From contig JBGSPL010000001.1 of the NCBI GenBank assembly GCA_041738615.1, forward strand, positions 226,164 to 290,163: a DNA stretch of 64,000 bases. Direction: 5' to 3'. The notes under the pieces are model-generated. The model ran no database searches. It was not told the origin of the DNA and saw only the letters and a program-made list of their open reading frames with translations. Position 1 is the first letter of the stretch; each line of letters starts with the position of its first letter. Below, piece after piece: positions 9,797 through 18,524 of the stretch. This stretch comes from Patescibacteria group bacterium. Lineage in GTDB: Bacteria > Patescibacteriota > CPR2 > UBA1875 > CAIMLA01. The position numbers were made by a program, and so were the translations under genes.

Positions 9797-10261
9797 TTAT
9801 TTCTCGTTTGTTTGATTCTTGATATCCTTGAGTGCCTCGGCGAATGCCTCTACAGTCTCGAATGATCTATAGACGCTTGCGAAGCGGAGATAGGCGACTT
9901 CGTCTATCGGTAAGAGTCGCGACATAACCGTCTCTCCTATTTGTGTGGTGCTCACCTCTGTCTCTCCTGTAGAGCGTAGGTCCTTCTCGATTCCCGAGAT
10001 AAGCTTTTCGGTTACCGAATCGTCTATAGGACGCTTTTCTAGGGCTCTATAGATGCCTGCAGCGAGCTTTTCCCTCACAAACGGCTCTTTGGTGCCGTTA
10101 CGCTTTACTACCGTCAGAGAGGGCACTTCCAGGCGCTCATATGTCGTGAATCGGAATCCACAATTGGCACACTCTCTGCGCCTTCGTATTGCGGGCTCGT
10201 TATCCATGTCCCGCTTCTCGATTACGCGGAGACTCTCGGACTTACATTTGGGACAAATCAT
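9797..10261 (-). CDS. nrdR: Transcriptional repressor NrdR
   Basis: MICPKC...IRRRRECANCGFRFTTYE plus ATP-cone, AYLRFASVY. Start reassigned to the ATG at 10261 (SD AGGA upstream). Confidence 0.95.
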   Translation of the reverse strand: MICPKCKSESLRVIEKRDMDNEPAIRRRRECANCGFRFTTYERLEVPSLTVVKRNGTKEPFVREKLAAGIYRALEKRPIDDSVTEKLISGIEKDLRSTGETEVSTTQIGETVMSRLLPIDEVAYLRFASVYRSFETVEAFAEALKDIKNQTNEK

Positions 10262-10313
10262 ATATTCCTTTCCTCGATACCTTATCGGGATCAGTCTAGA
10301 TATCGGCATACAT

Positions 10314-10425
10314 ACGCTAGATGTAGCGTAGCTCATATATGATAAGACACCACATGTGTGGTGTCAAGCATTTTCTTATCCACAAATATTAGGGGCTGTT
10401 TGTGCTTGAAATGGACTTTTCCACA
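10314..10425 (-). promoter_or_regulatory. nrd operon promoter with NrdR boxes and DnaA boxes
   Basis: TTGACA(10367-62)-17-TATCAT(10344-39). NrdR-box-like ACGCTAGATGTAGCGT at 10314-10329 and palindrome at 10346-10365. TTATCCACA at 10376-84 and TTTTCCACA at 10417-25. Confidence 0.75.
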
Positions 10426-10524
10426 ATACTTTATCGACAGGTTCTCTTATGAACAAGTACAAAAAAGAGGCCTAGTGGCCCCTTTACGTTTGAAAATTGT
10501 TATTTGAAATTTGAGAATTAACGC

Positions 10525-11628
10525 CTATTCCATCCTCTTTCGGATAAAAGTAGGGATCTCCCAGTCGTCGTCGCCATTCTCATCGTTATTTGCATCTCGC
10601 TCTGGCTCCAGGCTCACTGGTCGTGTGCCCAGATCAAGTGGCTGATGGCTCATTCGTGGAGATAGTGGGTTGTGCATCCCTTCAAAGCCTGTAGCGATCA
10701 CAGTAACAGTGACTTCACCCGTAATATTCGGATCAATTACTGCACCAAAGATGATGTTCGCTTCTGGATCTACTGCGTTGGTAATAACCTTTGCTGCTTC
10801 ATCGATTTCGTACATACCGAGATCCGAACCACCAGTTACGTTGAAAAGAACACCCTTCGCCCCATTGATAGAGAGCTCGAGTAGTGGCGAATTGATAGCC
10901 TGCTTGGCGGCTTCCATAGCTCGATTCTCGCCATTACCGCGGCCGATACCCATAAGAGCCGAGCCAGCGTTCGACATAATAGTCTTTACGTCAGCAAAGT
11001 CGACGTTTATGAGTCCGCTATCTGTAATGAGATCCGAAATACCCTGGACACCCTGTCTTAGAACATCGTCAACTACAGAGAAAGCGTCTAGAAGGGTAGA
11101 CTTCTTGTCGACAACCTGCAAGAGTCTGTCGTTAGGAATAGTAATCAGTGCGTCAACTTGGTCTTTGAGGCTCTCAATGCCTTCCTCGGCAACGCGTTTG
11201 CGCTTTTCGCCTTCGAAACCAAAAGGTTTAGTGACTACACCAACGGTAAGAGCACCTACTTCTCGTGCAATGTTTGCAACGATTGGGCTTGCCCCGGTAC
11301 CTGTACCGCCGCCAGCACCATAAGTAACGAAAACCATATCAGCGCCCTTTAAGGCTTCGTAGATTTCTTCACTGGTCTCTTCGGCAGCTTTCTTTCCAAT
11401 TTCTGGATCAGAACCAGCGCCGAGTCCCTTGGTCAGGGCTTTACCGATGTGCAGCTTCTTGTCAGCTTTTGACTTATGAAGAGCCTGAGCATCCGTATTG
11501 ATTGCAATAAACTCCACACCCTTAAGTCCGGCCTCAATCATGCGATCCACACCGTTACCACCAGAGCCACCGACTCCGACTACCTTAATCCGTGCAAACG
11601 TTTCCATACTTGGTTTTACTTCGCCCAT
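10525..11628 (-). CDS. ftsZ: Cell division protein FtsZ
   Basis: [15 protein letters not shown] tubulin signature, NVDFAD, C-terminal EIPTFIRK. Confidence 0.99.
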   Translation of the reverse strand: MGEVKPSMETFARIKVVGVGGSGGNGVDRMIEAGLKGVEFIAINTDAQALHKSKADKKLHIGKALTKGLGAGSDPEIGKKAAEETSEEIYEALKGADMVFVTYGAGGGTGTGASPIVANIAREVGALTVGVVTKPFGFEGEKRKRVAEEGIESLKDQVDALITIPNDRLLQVVDKKSTLLDAFSVVDDVLRQGVQGISDLITDSGLINVDFADVKTIMSNAGSALMGIGRGNGENRAMEAAKQAINSPLLELSINGAKGVLFNVTGGSDLGMYEIDEAAKVITNAVDPEANIIFGAVIDPNITGEVTVTVIATGFEGMHNPLSPRMSHQPLDLGTRPVSLEPERDANNDENGDDDWEIPTFIRKRME

Positions 11629-11697
11629 AGGGACCTCCTACTAACATAAATTTTAACAAAAGTATTGTACATATTTATTGTTCAAAAGTAAATATCA

Positions 11698-11736
11698 AAG
11701 TAGGGTTTGTACAAAAGCTTTGTACAAACCCTACTT
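11698..11736. terminator. Long perfect hairpin between ftsA and ftsZ
   Basis: AAGTAGGGTTTGTACAAA-AGC-TTTGTACAAACCCTACTT, an 18-bp inverted repeat. Confidence 0.55.
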
Positions 11737-11751
11737 AAATTAACAAAAATA

Positions 11752-12978
11752 TTATGGTAGAAATACTCGGAATATTTCCTTCAACCGACCATATATTGTC
11801 GAAACAGTCCTGCTACCACCCTTATTTTCCTTCTCTTCATAAGAGTATAGTAGCAACCCTACGGCAGTGGAAAATGATGGATTGTAGACCTTTTCGGTGA
11901 GCCCACCGAGTGAATGTGGCTTACCGATATTTACTGGAAGTCGAAAATAAGTCTTTGCTAAATCTTCTATCCCAGCAAGCTTAGCGCCACCGCCTGTGAG
12001 GATAATGCCTGCAGGTAACAAGGTGTCGTATTTGATCTTGCGGAGTTCATCCTGGATGAGTCTAAATATTTCTTCTGTACGGTCCTGGATGATCTCAGCG
12101 ACGTGCTTCGTGGGCACGATTCCCTCTTCGTGAATATCAATAACCGAGAGATCTACCTTGTTCGTCTCTGGAACCACCTCTGCCACGGCATAGCCGTATT
12201 TCTTCTTGACCTTTTCGGCTACATCTACTGAAGTCCTAAGGCCAATGGCAATATCGTTTGTGATTGCGGCAGCACCAATTGGGAAAACCTTGGTATATAG
12301 AATGCTATCTTCGATTATAACAACCATCCCTGTTGTGGCCGCTCCTATGTCTACAAGCACACATCCGAGCTCTCGTTGCCTCTTGGTAACGGCTGCTTTT
12401 GCGGCCGCAAGTGGTGACACAATCGCATCCTCGATGCCTACTCCAGCTTGGGTGACTACTTTTGACAAGCTCTTCATCGCCTGAGACGAAACTGCAATCA
12501 AATGGGTTTCTACCTCGAGACGAACACCGTTCATACCAAGTGGCTCCTTGACCGGATCACCATTATCTACCATGAAGAACCGGGGAATTACGTGAATAAG
12601 TTCCTTGTTTGCCGGAATCTGGACTGCCTGTGCGGCGTCCTCCGCTCTTACGATATCATTCTTGGAGATTTCTTGATCTGGACGGGCAACGGCGACCACT
12701 CCTCGTGAGTTTGTGGAACTGATATGACCGCCGTTTAGGTTTACTGTGGCAGAAGCTATCTGAGAACCCGAGATACCCTCGGCCATCTCTATGGCCTCCG
12801 ATATCCCGCTGACAGTCTCTTCTAGCTCTGTAACGACGCCTTTTTTGATTCCAGTATTGTACGAAGTTCCCACGCCGATAATACTAAGAACTCCCTCTTC
12901 ATCAGGAGTGCCCACTACCGCGGTAATTCTACTAGAACCAACGTCAAGTCCGACGTAATACTCTTCTTTTTTTGCCAT
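11752..12978 (-). CDS. ftsA: Cell division protein FtsA
   Basis: GLDVGSS, VDIGAATT, ILTGGGAKL, C-terminal amphipathic helix. Upstream of ftsZ. Confidence 0.96.
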   Translation of the reverse strand: MAKKEEYYVGLDVGSSRITAVVGTPDEEGVLSIIGVGTSYNTGIKKGVVTELEETVSGISEAIEMAEGISGSQIASATVNLNGGHISSTNSRGVVAVARPDQEISKNDIVRAEDAAQAVQIPANKELIHVIPRFFMVDNGDPVKEPLGMNGVRLEVETHLIAVSSQAMKSLSKVVTQAGVGIEDAIVSPLAAAKAAVTKRQRELGCVLVDIGAATTGMVVIIEDSILYTKVFPIGAAAITNDIAIGLRTSVDVAEKVKKKYGYAVAEVVPETNKVDLSVIDIHEEGIVPTKHVAEIIQDRTEEIFRLIQDELRKIKYDTLLPAGIILTGGGAKLAGIEDLAKTYFRLPVNIGKPHSLGGLTEKVYNPSFSTAVGLLLYSYEEKENKGGSRTVSTIYGRLKEIFRVFLP

Positions 12979-13057
12979 CTTCACTTACTGTTATCAATAA
13001 ACTAGCGCGTTACTTAACTTTGATATTATATACAAACTTTGCTGGTCGGTACAAGCC

Positions 13058-13801
13058 TTACTTGCGAATCTTGGTCAAAATCTCCGGGCCCTCTGGGTGA
13101 ATCCAGACTGTATGCTCAAAGTGGGCCGATAAACTGCCATCCTCCGTTCGATATGTCCATCCGTCTTCATCGACGACTACTTCAAAGCTTCCTACGGTTA
13201 CCATGGGCTCAATAGCAAGCGCTGTATCTGCCACTATCATGGGCCCATCTGTTTCTCTCCCATAGTTGGGGATAAATGGCTCCTCATGAACCCTCTCGCC
13301 TATAGCGTGACCCACTAGAGCCCTCACGACTCCAAAACCGCCGCCCTCAACTTCTTTTTGCACTGCATGGCCAATGTTTCCAATGTGTTTACCCATTCGC
13401 GCTTTAGCGATTCCCGCCATTAGCGAATTCTCAGTCACTGCCATCAGTCTATGGGCTTCCGCTGAAATATTCCCGACACCAAAAGTAATTGCGCTATCGG
13501 TATGGTACCCACCGTACTCTACGCCAAAATCCAACGAAACCAAGTCACCCGAGTTCACTTTGCGCTTACCAGGAATGCCATGCACTACCTCGTCGTTTAT
13601 AGAAACGCAAATTGCTGCAGGGTATCCCTCGTAGTTCAAGAATGATGGTTTCACCCTATGTTTTAGGCAAAGCCGCCTCGCGAGATCATCCATCTCGCCG
13701 GTTTCCATGCCCACATATGTCTTTTCCTTGATCTCCTGCAATATCTGCGCCAGTATCTGACCGCCAATACGCATCGCATCTAGTTTATCTTGCTTGGACA
13801 T
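13058..13801 (-). CDS. map: Methionine aminopeptidase type I
   Basis: CVSINDEVVHGIP, GHAIG..HEEP, AIEPM, SAHFEHT. Confidence 0.97.
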   Translation of the reverse strand: MSKQDKLDAMRIGGQILAQILQEIKEKTYVGMETGEMDDLARRLCLKHRVKPSFLNYEGYPAAICVSINDEVVHGIPGKRKVNSGDLVSLDFGVEYGGYHTDSAITFGVGNISAEAHRLMAVTENSLMAGIAKARMGKHIGNIGHAVQKEVEGGGFGVVRALVGHAIGERVHEEPFIPNYGRETDGPMIVADTALAIEPMVTVGSFEVVVDEDGWTYRTEDGSLSAHFEHTVWIHPEGPEILTKIRK

Positions 13802-14414
13802 ACCCTAGTTTCTCCTTGATGTCAGCCGCAACATCGGCGATTGACTGATCACCGTTTACTTCGGTCAGAATACCCTTGTTCTGATAGTAGTTGACCAGTG
13901 GGAGAGTGCGCTCTAGAAAAGTCTGTACACGACGCATAATAGCCGCTGGGGTGTCGTCTTCTCGTTGCACTGGTCTGCCCCCACACTTCGCGCACTTCTG
14001 GGCACCTAATGGAATGTTTAATCCACAGAGAGCACACACTCGGCGGCTAGAAAGCCTCTCGATAATGGTCTCTTCTTCGAGCTCAATGTAGATTACAGCG
14101 TCCAGAAGGCGATTGTTGTGAGCCAGAACCTCGTTGATTCCCTCGGCCTGATGCATGGTCCTAGGGACGCCATCAAAAACAACCATTTTCTCGGCTGGAA
14201 TCTCTTTGAGTAATCGATCGATGCTTTCGAGGATAATCTTGTCGTCAATCAATCCACCCGTGTCTATAATCTCACGAATCTTCTTATTCTTTTTACCAAG
14301 CTCTCTCGCTATATCCCCACCCGAGATTACCGCTATATCATAATCTTTTGCGAGCTCGGCTATCTGTGTGTCTTTGCCACTCCCTGGTGGCCCAATAACA
14401 ACTATTTCTTTCAT
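13785..14414 (-). CDS. adk: Adenylate kinase with Zn-lid
   Basis: GPPGSGKDTQ, FDGVPRT, CxxC..CxxC lid, QREDD. Confidence 0.93.
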   Translation of the reverse strand: MKEIVVIGPPGSGKDTQIAELAKDYDIAVISGGDIARELGKKNKKIREIIDTGGLIDDKIILESIDRLLKEIPAEKMVVFDGVPRTMHQAEGINEVLAHNNRLLDAVIYIELEEETIIERLSSRRVCALCGLNIPLGAQKCAKCGGRPVQREDDTPAAIMRRVQTFLERTLPLVNYYQNKGILTEVNGDQSIADVAADIKEKLGYVQAR

Positions 14415-14824
14415 CGTTCAATCCCCTCCATCTGTAAAATTTTCTTTTCAACTTCTTGCATCTCCGTTTCTGTAACTTTGTCTGCATGGTCAAAGCCATA
14501 AATATGCAAGATGCCATGAACGGCCAGTAGCGAGACCTCGGCGTCTAGCGTTTTGCGCACGCTTCTCGCCTGATCTCTAGTATAAGTATAACAAATAAAG
14601 AGCTGGCCGACGAGCGGGTCGTCTGAAATATTAAAACTCAGAACGTCTGTCGGAGCATCTATGCCACGATAGCGATGGTTTAGCGCTTTCATGACGCTAC
14701 TCGAGACGAACTTGAGCTCAATCTCACCTTCTTTTACTGGTAAATAAGAAAAAGCAGCCTGAGCCACTCTTCTTACCCCCTCTATATTCGTCTTGTAGGT
14801 GTTTCCTACAACTGTAAATTTCAC
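14411..14824 (-). CDS. ybeY: rRNA maturation RNase YbeY
   Basis: LNHRYRGIDAPTDVLSF, HGILHIYGFDH. Confidence 0.95.
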   Translation of the reverse strand: MKFTVVGNTYKTNIEGVRRVAQAAFSYLPVKEGEIELKFVSSSVMKALNHRYRGIDAPTDVLSFNISDDPLVGQLFICYTYTRDQARSVRKTLDAEVSLLAVHGILHIYGFDHADKVTETEMQEVEKKILQMEGIER

Positions 14825-15264
14825 GAAAGCTTTTCCCTAACTATGGTCGAAACGGTCTTACCGTCTGCGGCCCCTGCGGCCTTGCCCATGACGGCCTGGA
14901 TTACCTTACCCATATCGGCGGCGCTTGTGGCCGCGAGCTCAGAAATTGCGTCAGAAACGATGGCTTCTAGCTCGGCAAGAGACATCTTGGCTGGTAAATA
15001 CAGCTCGATCAACGCGAGTTCTGCCGCCTCTTTGGCCGCAAGCTCTGGACGATTTCCGGCATTGTACTGCTCTATAGAGTCACGTCTTTGCTTGGCTTGC
15101 TTCTCTAGCACTGCGATAGCCTCGGCCTCGTTGAGCTCATGGCCAAGGGCAATTTCAGAATTCTTGATTGCGCTTTTTAGCAACCGAATAATCGCTGTGA
15201 GTTCAGTATTCTGAGACTTCATAGCGTCCTTAAGGTCAGTATTCAGCTTATTTACGAGATCCAT
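14821..15264 (-). CDS. yqeY: GatB/YqeY domain protein
   Basis: DLKDAMK, KQRRDSIEQY, YLP, DMGKV..ADGK. Confidence 0.93.
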   Translation of the reverse strand: MDLVNKLNTDLKDAMKSQNTELTAIIRLLKSAIKNSEIALGHELNEAEAIAVLEKQAKQRRDSIEQYNAGNRPELAAKEAAELALIELYLPAKMSLAELEAIVSDAISELAATSAADMGKVIQAVMGKAAGAADGKTVSTIVREKLS

Positions 15265-15477
15265 TTAGAATCCTTTCAGGAGCATACTGCGATTCTTGGC
15301 ACTCTTTCTAGCGGTTTTACGAATCGCGATTTCGCGTGATTCCCTCTTGGAAAGGTCCTTTTCGAAGTGTTGCTTCTTTCTTGCCAATGGCAAATTGCCG
15401 CTCTGTTGAACCTTGCGGTTAAAGCGTCTTAGCAAACTATCGAAATTTTCGTGGTCTTTTCTAACTACTGCTTGCAG
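15265..15477 (-). CDS. rpsU: 30S ribosomal protein S21, apparent CTG start
   Basis: Manual translation (M)QAVVRKDHENFDSLLRRFNRKVQQSG...HFEK. SD GGAGGTGA 6 nt before the CTG. Classic rpsU-yqeY order. Confidence 0.9.
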   Translation of the reverse strand: MQAVVRKDHENFDSLLRRFNRKVQQSGNLPLARKKQHFEKDLSKRESREIAIRKTARKSAKNRSMLLKGF

Positions 15478-15542
15478 TGTAACTCACCTCCTTACATGGA
15501 AAGTAGGCAAATTGTAGCACAAAATGGGCCTACAGTAAAGGA

Positions 15543-15938
15543 TTAGGCAGCTACCAATCCCCTAATCTTGTCCGCCATCGTGGCCAGATTTGCCTGGGTT
15601 TCTTCGTGCTGATTATGAAAATCAATATCTTCAGTAGTATCCATTGGCAGCAGGTGAATGTGGGCATGGTCTAGGTCAAATCCCGCTACCACTAGCCCAC
15701 ATTTCTCGGCTCCTGCAGCAGTCTTCACGGCCGTAGAGAGCTCCTTGGCCTTTAGAAAGTACTCTGCGTAAAGTCCGTCCGGAATCTCGTAGACCGTGCT
15801 GTAGTGTTCTTTTGGAATTAGGATGGTATGTCCCAGTCGAATTGGATTAATCTCCAGGAATGCCAAATATTTATCGTCTTCATAGACTTTATGAGCTGGG
15901 ATTTCTCCGGCTACAATTTTACAGAATATATCTAACAT
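15543..15938 (-). CDS. HIT family nucleotide hydrolase
   Basis: DIFCKIVAGEIP, GHTILIPKEH, HAHIH triad. Start reassigned to the ATG at 15938. Confidence 0.92.
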   Translation of the reverse strand: MLDIFCKIVAGEIPAHKVYEDDKYLAFLEINPIRLGHTILIPKEHYSTVYEIPDGLYAEYFLKAKELSTAVKTAAGAEKCGLVVAGFDLDHAHIHLLPMDTTEDIDFHNQHEETQANLATMADKIRGLVAA

Positions 15939-15981
15939 ACTAGCTATCTCCTTAAATAATAATTTTAGCACATTTCTACCC

Positions 15982-16064
15982 TTGACATAAATAGCACCTT
16001 GCAGTACAATTACTTCTTGTGGCGTATAAAAAGACTTGACAAATTGCAAGTCTTATGCTACAAT
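15982..16064 (+). promoter_or_regulatory. Two tandem sigma70-type promoters
   Basis: TTGACA-17-TACAAT at 15982-16010, and again at 16036-16064 with extended TG. Confidence 0.7.
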
Positions 16065-16151
16065 ATACCGTTCCATTGAAATGGAGCGGTGATCCGAACT
16101 ACAAAGGTTCTGATCGTCTGGAGTGGAGAAAGAGAGGTTCGTTCATACCTA

Positions 16152-16835
16152 ATGGACAAGAAAACTATCACAGCCATGCTGCTTGCCTTCATGGTAGTGA
16201 AAACGCCAGTTACCCTGGCCGAGGCTCAGGCTTACGCCCAACCTCAAATCATAGAGGCAAACGCCGCCAGTGAGGCGCATATCACTGAAAACATCAAAAA
16301 CACAATCGATAAAACAAATACATTAACAACAGAAGAGAAAGCTGCGGCCGTCATGGCCCAGTATCACAAACAGTTAGAGGAAGAGGCTATTCGTATCAAG
16401 GCCGAGGAAGAGGCTCGTCTCACTCGTGAGAACGTTTCCCGTACTCAGTCCCTTGTATCTGCCGGTCTATCCGCTGAGTTTGTGAATCAGTACGTCAAAG
16501 CTTCTGCTCAGTATGGTGTCCCTTGGCAAGTAATTGCCGCCGTCCACTATACCGAGACTGGCCAGCGCGGTTCCACTGTAGTTACCAGTTATGCTGGTGC
16601 TCAGGGACCTATGCAGTTCATGCCATCTACCTTCGCCGCTTTTGCGGTCGATGGAAATGGTGACGGGGTTACAGACATCAATAACGTCGACGACGCTATC
16701 ATGTCTGCCGCCAACTACATGGCTTCAAACGGTGCCGCTTCGGGTGACGTTACGAATGCTCTATATCGTTACAATCACGATATGGGCTACGTATATCACG
16801 TCCTCGGTATCGCTCAGTCTCTCGGATTCAAATAA
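16152..16835 (+). CDS. Secreted lytic transglycosylase (SLT domain)
   Basis: Signal peptide, coiled coil, YGVPWQVIAAVHYTET, AGAQGPMQFMPSTF, YNH. Confidence 0.9.
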   Translation: MDKKTITAMLLAFMVVKTPVTLAEAQAYAQPQIIEANAASEAHITENIKNTIDKTNTLTTEEKAAAVMAQYHKQLEEEAIRIKAEEEARLTRENVSRTQSLVSAGLSAEFVNQYVKASAQYGVPWQVIAAVHYTETGQRGSTVVTSYAGAQGPMQFMPSTFAAFAVDGNGDGVTDINNVDDAIMSAANYMASNGAASGDVTNALYRYNHDMGYVYHVLGIAQSLGFK

Positions 16836-16864
16836 CAAAAAGCCCCCAGTGATGGGGGCTTTTT
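16836..16864. terminator. Bidirectional intrinsic terminator
   Basis: AAAAAGCCCCCA-GTGA-TGGGGGCTTTTT between convergent genes. Confidence 0.8.
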
Positions 16865-16876
16865 GTATAGTAATAA

Positions 16877-17191
16877 TTAGTATCTGGTAGTGATTGGGTT
16901 CTTCGGTATTCCCACAGCCACTTGATGCAAAAGATAAGCGAAGAAGTCATAGAGTCCCGCAAAGAGAGTACGTAGAACTGGGAAAGCCAGTGGCAACAAG
17001 ACGACTAGTAGTAACAGAAACAACCAGTGAAATCTCACTAGAACAAAGAAGGCCATCGCAAGTGAAAGTAAGACGATAAGGGATACTATCCAATGCAAAG
17101 GGGTTGGAAAGATACCCAAGAAACGTTCATAAACCGGTGTTATCGTGGTGATTCCCGAGAGATTCATTACGGTCATTAGATCGACATTCAT
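16877..17191 (-). CDS. Hypothetical membrane protein
   Basis: Hydrophobic helices, SD GGAGG. Confidence 0.7.
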   Translation of the reverse strand: MNVDLMTVMNLSGITTITPVYERFLGIFPTPLHWIVSLIVLLSLAMAFFVLVRFHWLFLLLLVVLLPLAFPVLRTLFAGLYDFFAYLLHQVAVGIPKNPITTRY

Positions 17192-17207
17192 TCACCCTCC
17201 TAAAGTA

Positions 17208-18482
17208 TTACTTAAGTTTGTTTCGTAACTCCGCGCTTACCTTGTCTACCGGAATTGTCTCCTGGTTTCCCGAAGCCATTTCCTTTACAATCACTGTCCC
17301 ATCAAAAGCTTCTTTCTGTCCCATAAGAAGTGTGTATCTAGCGCCCACCTTGTTCGCTGCCTTCAACTGTTCCGAGATAGCACCCTTATCCAAGCAGCCC
17401 TCGGCATCAATGCCTGCAGCCCAGAGCTCGTTCATCAGACGAAAACATTTTTTGCGCGCTTCATCGCCGAGCTGCGCTACGAAGACGTCCGTTTTCTCGT
17501 CAGTAGTTATCTCGATACCCTTAGCGAGAAGTAGCTCTACAGTTCTATCGAGGCCTCCTGCAAATCCGAGTGCTGGTGTAGCCTTTCCACCTAGCTGTTC
17601 GATCAGGGAATCGTATCTGCCGCCTCCGCCCAGGGAGTTCTGTGCGCCTTCGGATTCGCTCCAAAATTCAAAAACAGTACGTGTGTAGTAGTCTAGGCCT
17701 CTTACTAGTCGCGGATTAATCTCATATACAATACCAATCTCGTCCAAGTATTCCAGGACCACACTGAAGTGGTCGTGACAATCCTGACATAACGAGTTGA
17801 TAATCTGTGGTGCTTCCTCTGCTAGCTGTGAGCAAGCTTTCTTTTTGCAATCCAGGAGTCGAAGAGGGCTTGAGACCAAACGTTTCTTGCAATCCTCACA
17901 GAGCTTCTCTTCTTGAGTTTTATAGTATTTTGTCAGCTCCCCCAGATACTTTGGTCGACATTCAGTACAACCGATGCTGTTGATCTGCATCCTGATGGAA
18001 TCCCCCAGTCCTAACTTGTCGTATACGCGGTAAGCAGTCGTAATAACTACGGCATCCGCAATCGGGGCCTTGTCCCCTATCATCTCAAAACCAAACTGCC
18101 AAAACTCACGATAACGGCCAGCCTGAGGTCTATCGTAGCGATACATCGCCTCAAGATAACTTAGCTTCACGGGCTGAGCCCAGGATTGCATCCCATTCTG
18201 GAGATACGCACGGACTATTGAGGCGGTACCCTCTGGTCGTAGGGTAAGTGAATTGTCCGAGCGGTCTGTGAAGGTATACATTTCCTTCTCCACAATGTCT
18301 GTACCCTCACCTACGCCACGTACGAAAAGCGCCGTATCCTCAAAAACTGGGGTCGAAATCTTCTGAAAGCCTGCGCCTCTCGTAATAGTATAAAAAACAC
18401 GCTCGACATAATCATAGTATGCCTGCGTCTCTGGTAGGATATCCCTAGTACCTCTGGGGTTCTGAATAATTTTCTTTGACAT
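17208..18482 (-). CDS. hisS: Histidyl-tRNA synthetase
   Basis: PRGTRD, KEMYTF, LRPEGTA, RPQAGRYREF, RGLDYY, GGGRYD. Confidence 0.98.
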   Translation of the reverse strand: MSKKIIQNPRGTRDILPETQAYYDYVERVFYTITRGAGFQKISTPVFEDTALFVRGVGEGTDIVEKEMYTFTDRSDNSLTLRPEGTASIVRAYLQNGMQSWAQPVKLSYLEAMYRYDRPQAGRYREFWQFGFEMIGDKAPIADAVVITTAYRVYDKLGLGDSIRMQINSIGCTECRPKYLGELTKYYKTQEEKLCEDCKKRLVSSPLRLLDCKKKACSQLAEEAPQIINSLCQDCHDHFSVVLEYLDEIGIVYEINPRLVRGLDYYTRTVFEFWSESEGAQNSLGGGGRYDSLIEQLGGKATPALGFAGGLDRTVELLLAKGIEITTDEKTDVFVAQLGDEARKKCFRLMNELWAAGIDAEGCLDKGAISEQLKAANKVGARYTLLMGQKEAFDGTVIVKEMASGNQETIPVDKVSAELRNKLK

Positions 18483-18524
18483 TGTTACTTATTTTTATCA
18501 CAAAGGACGGGCTCGGTAAAGCCC

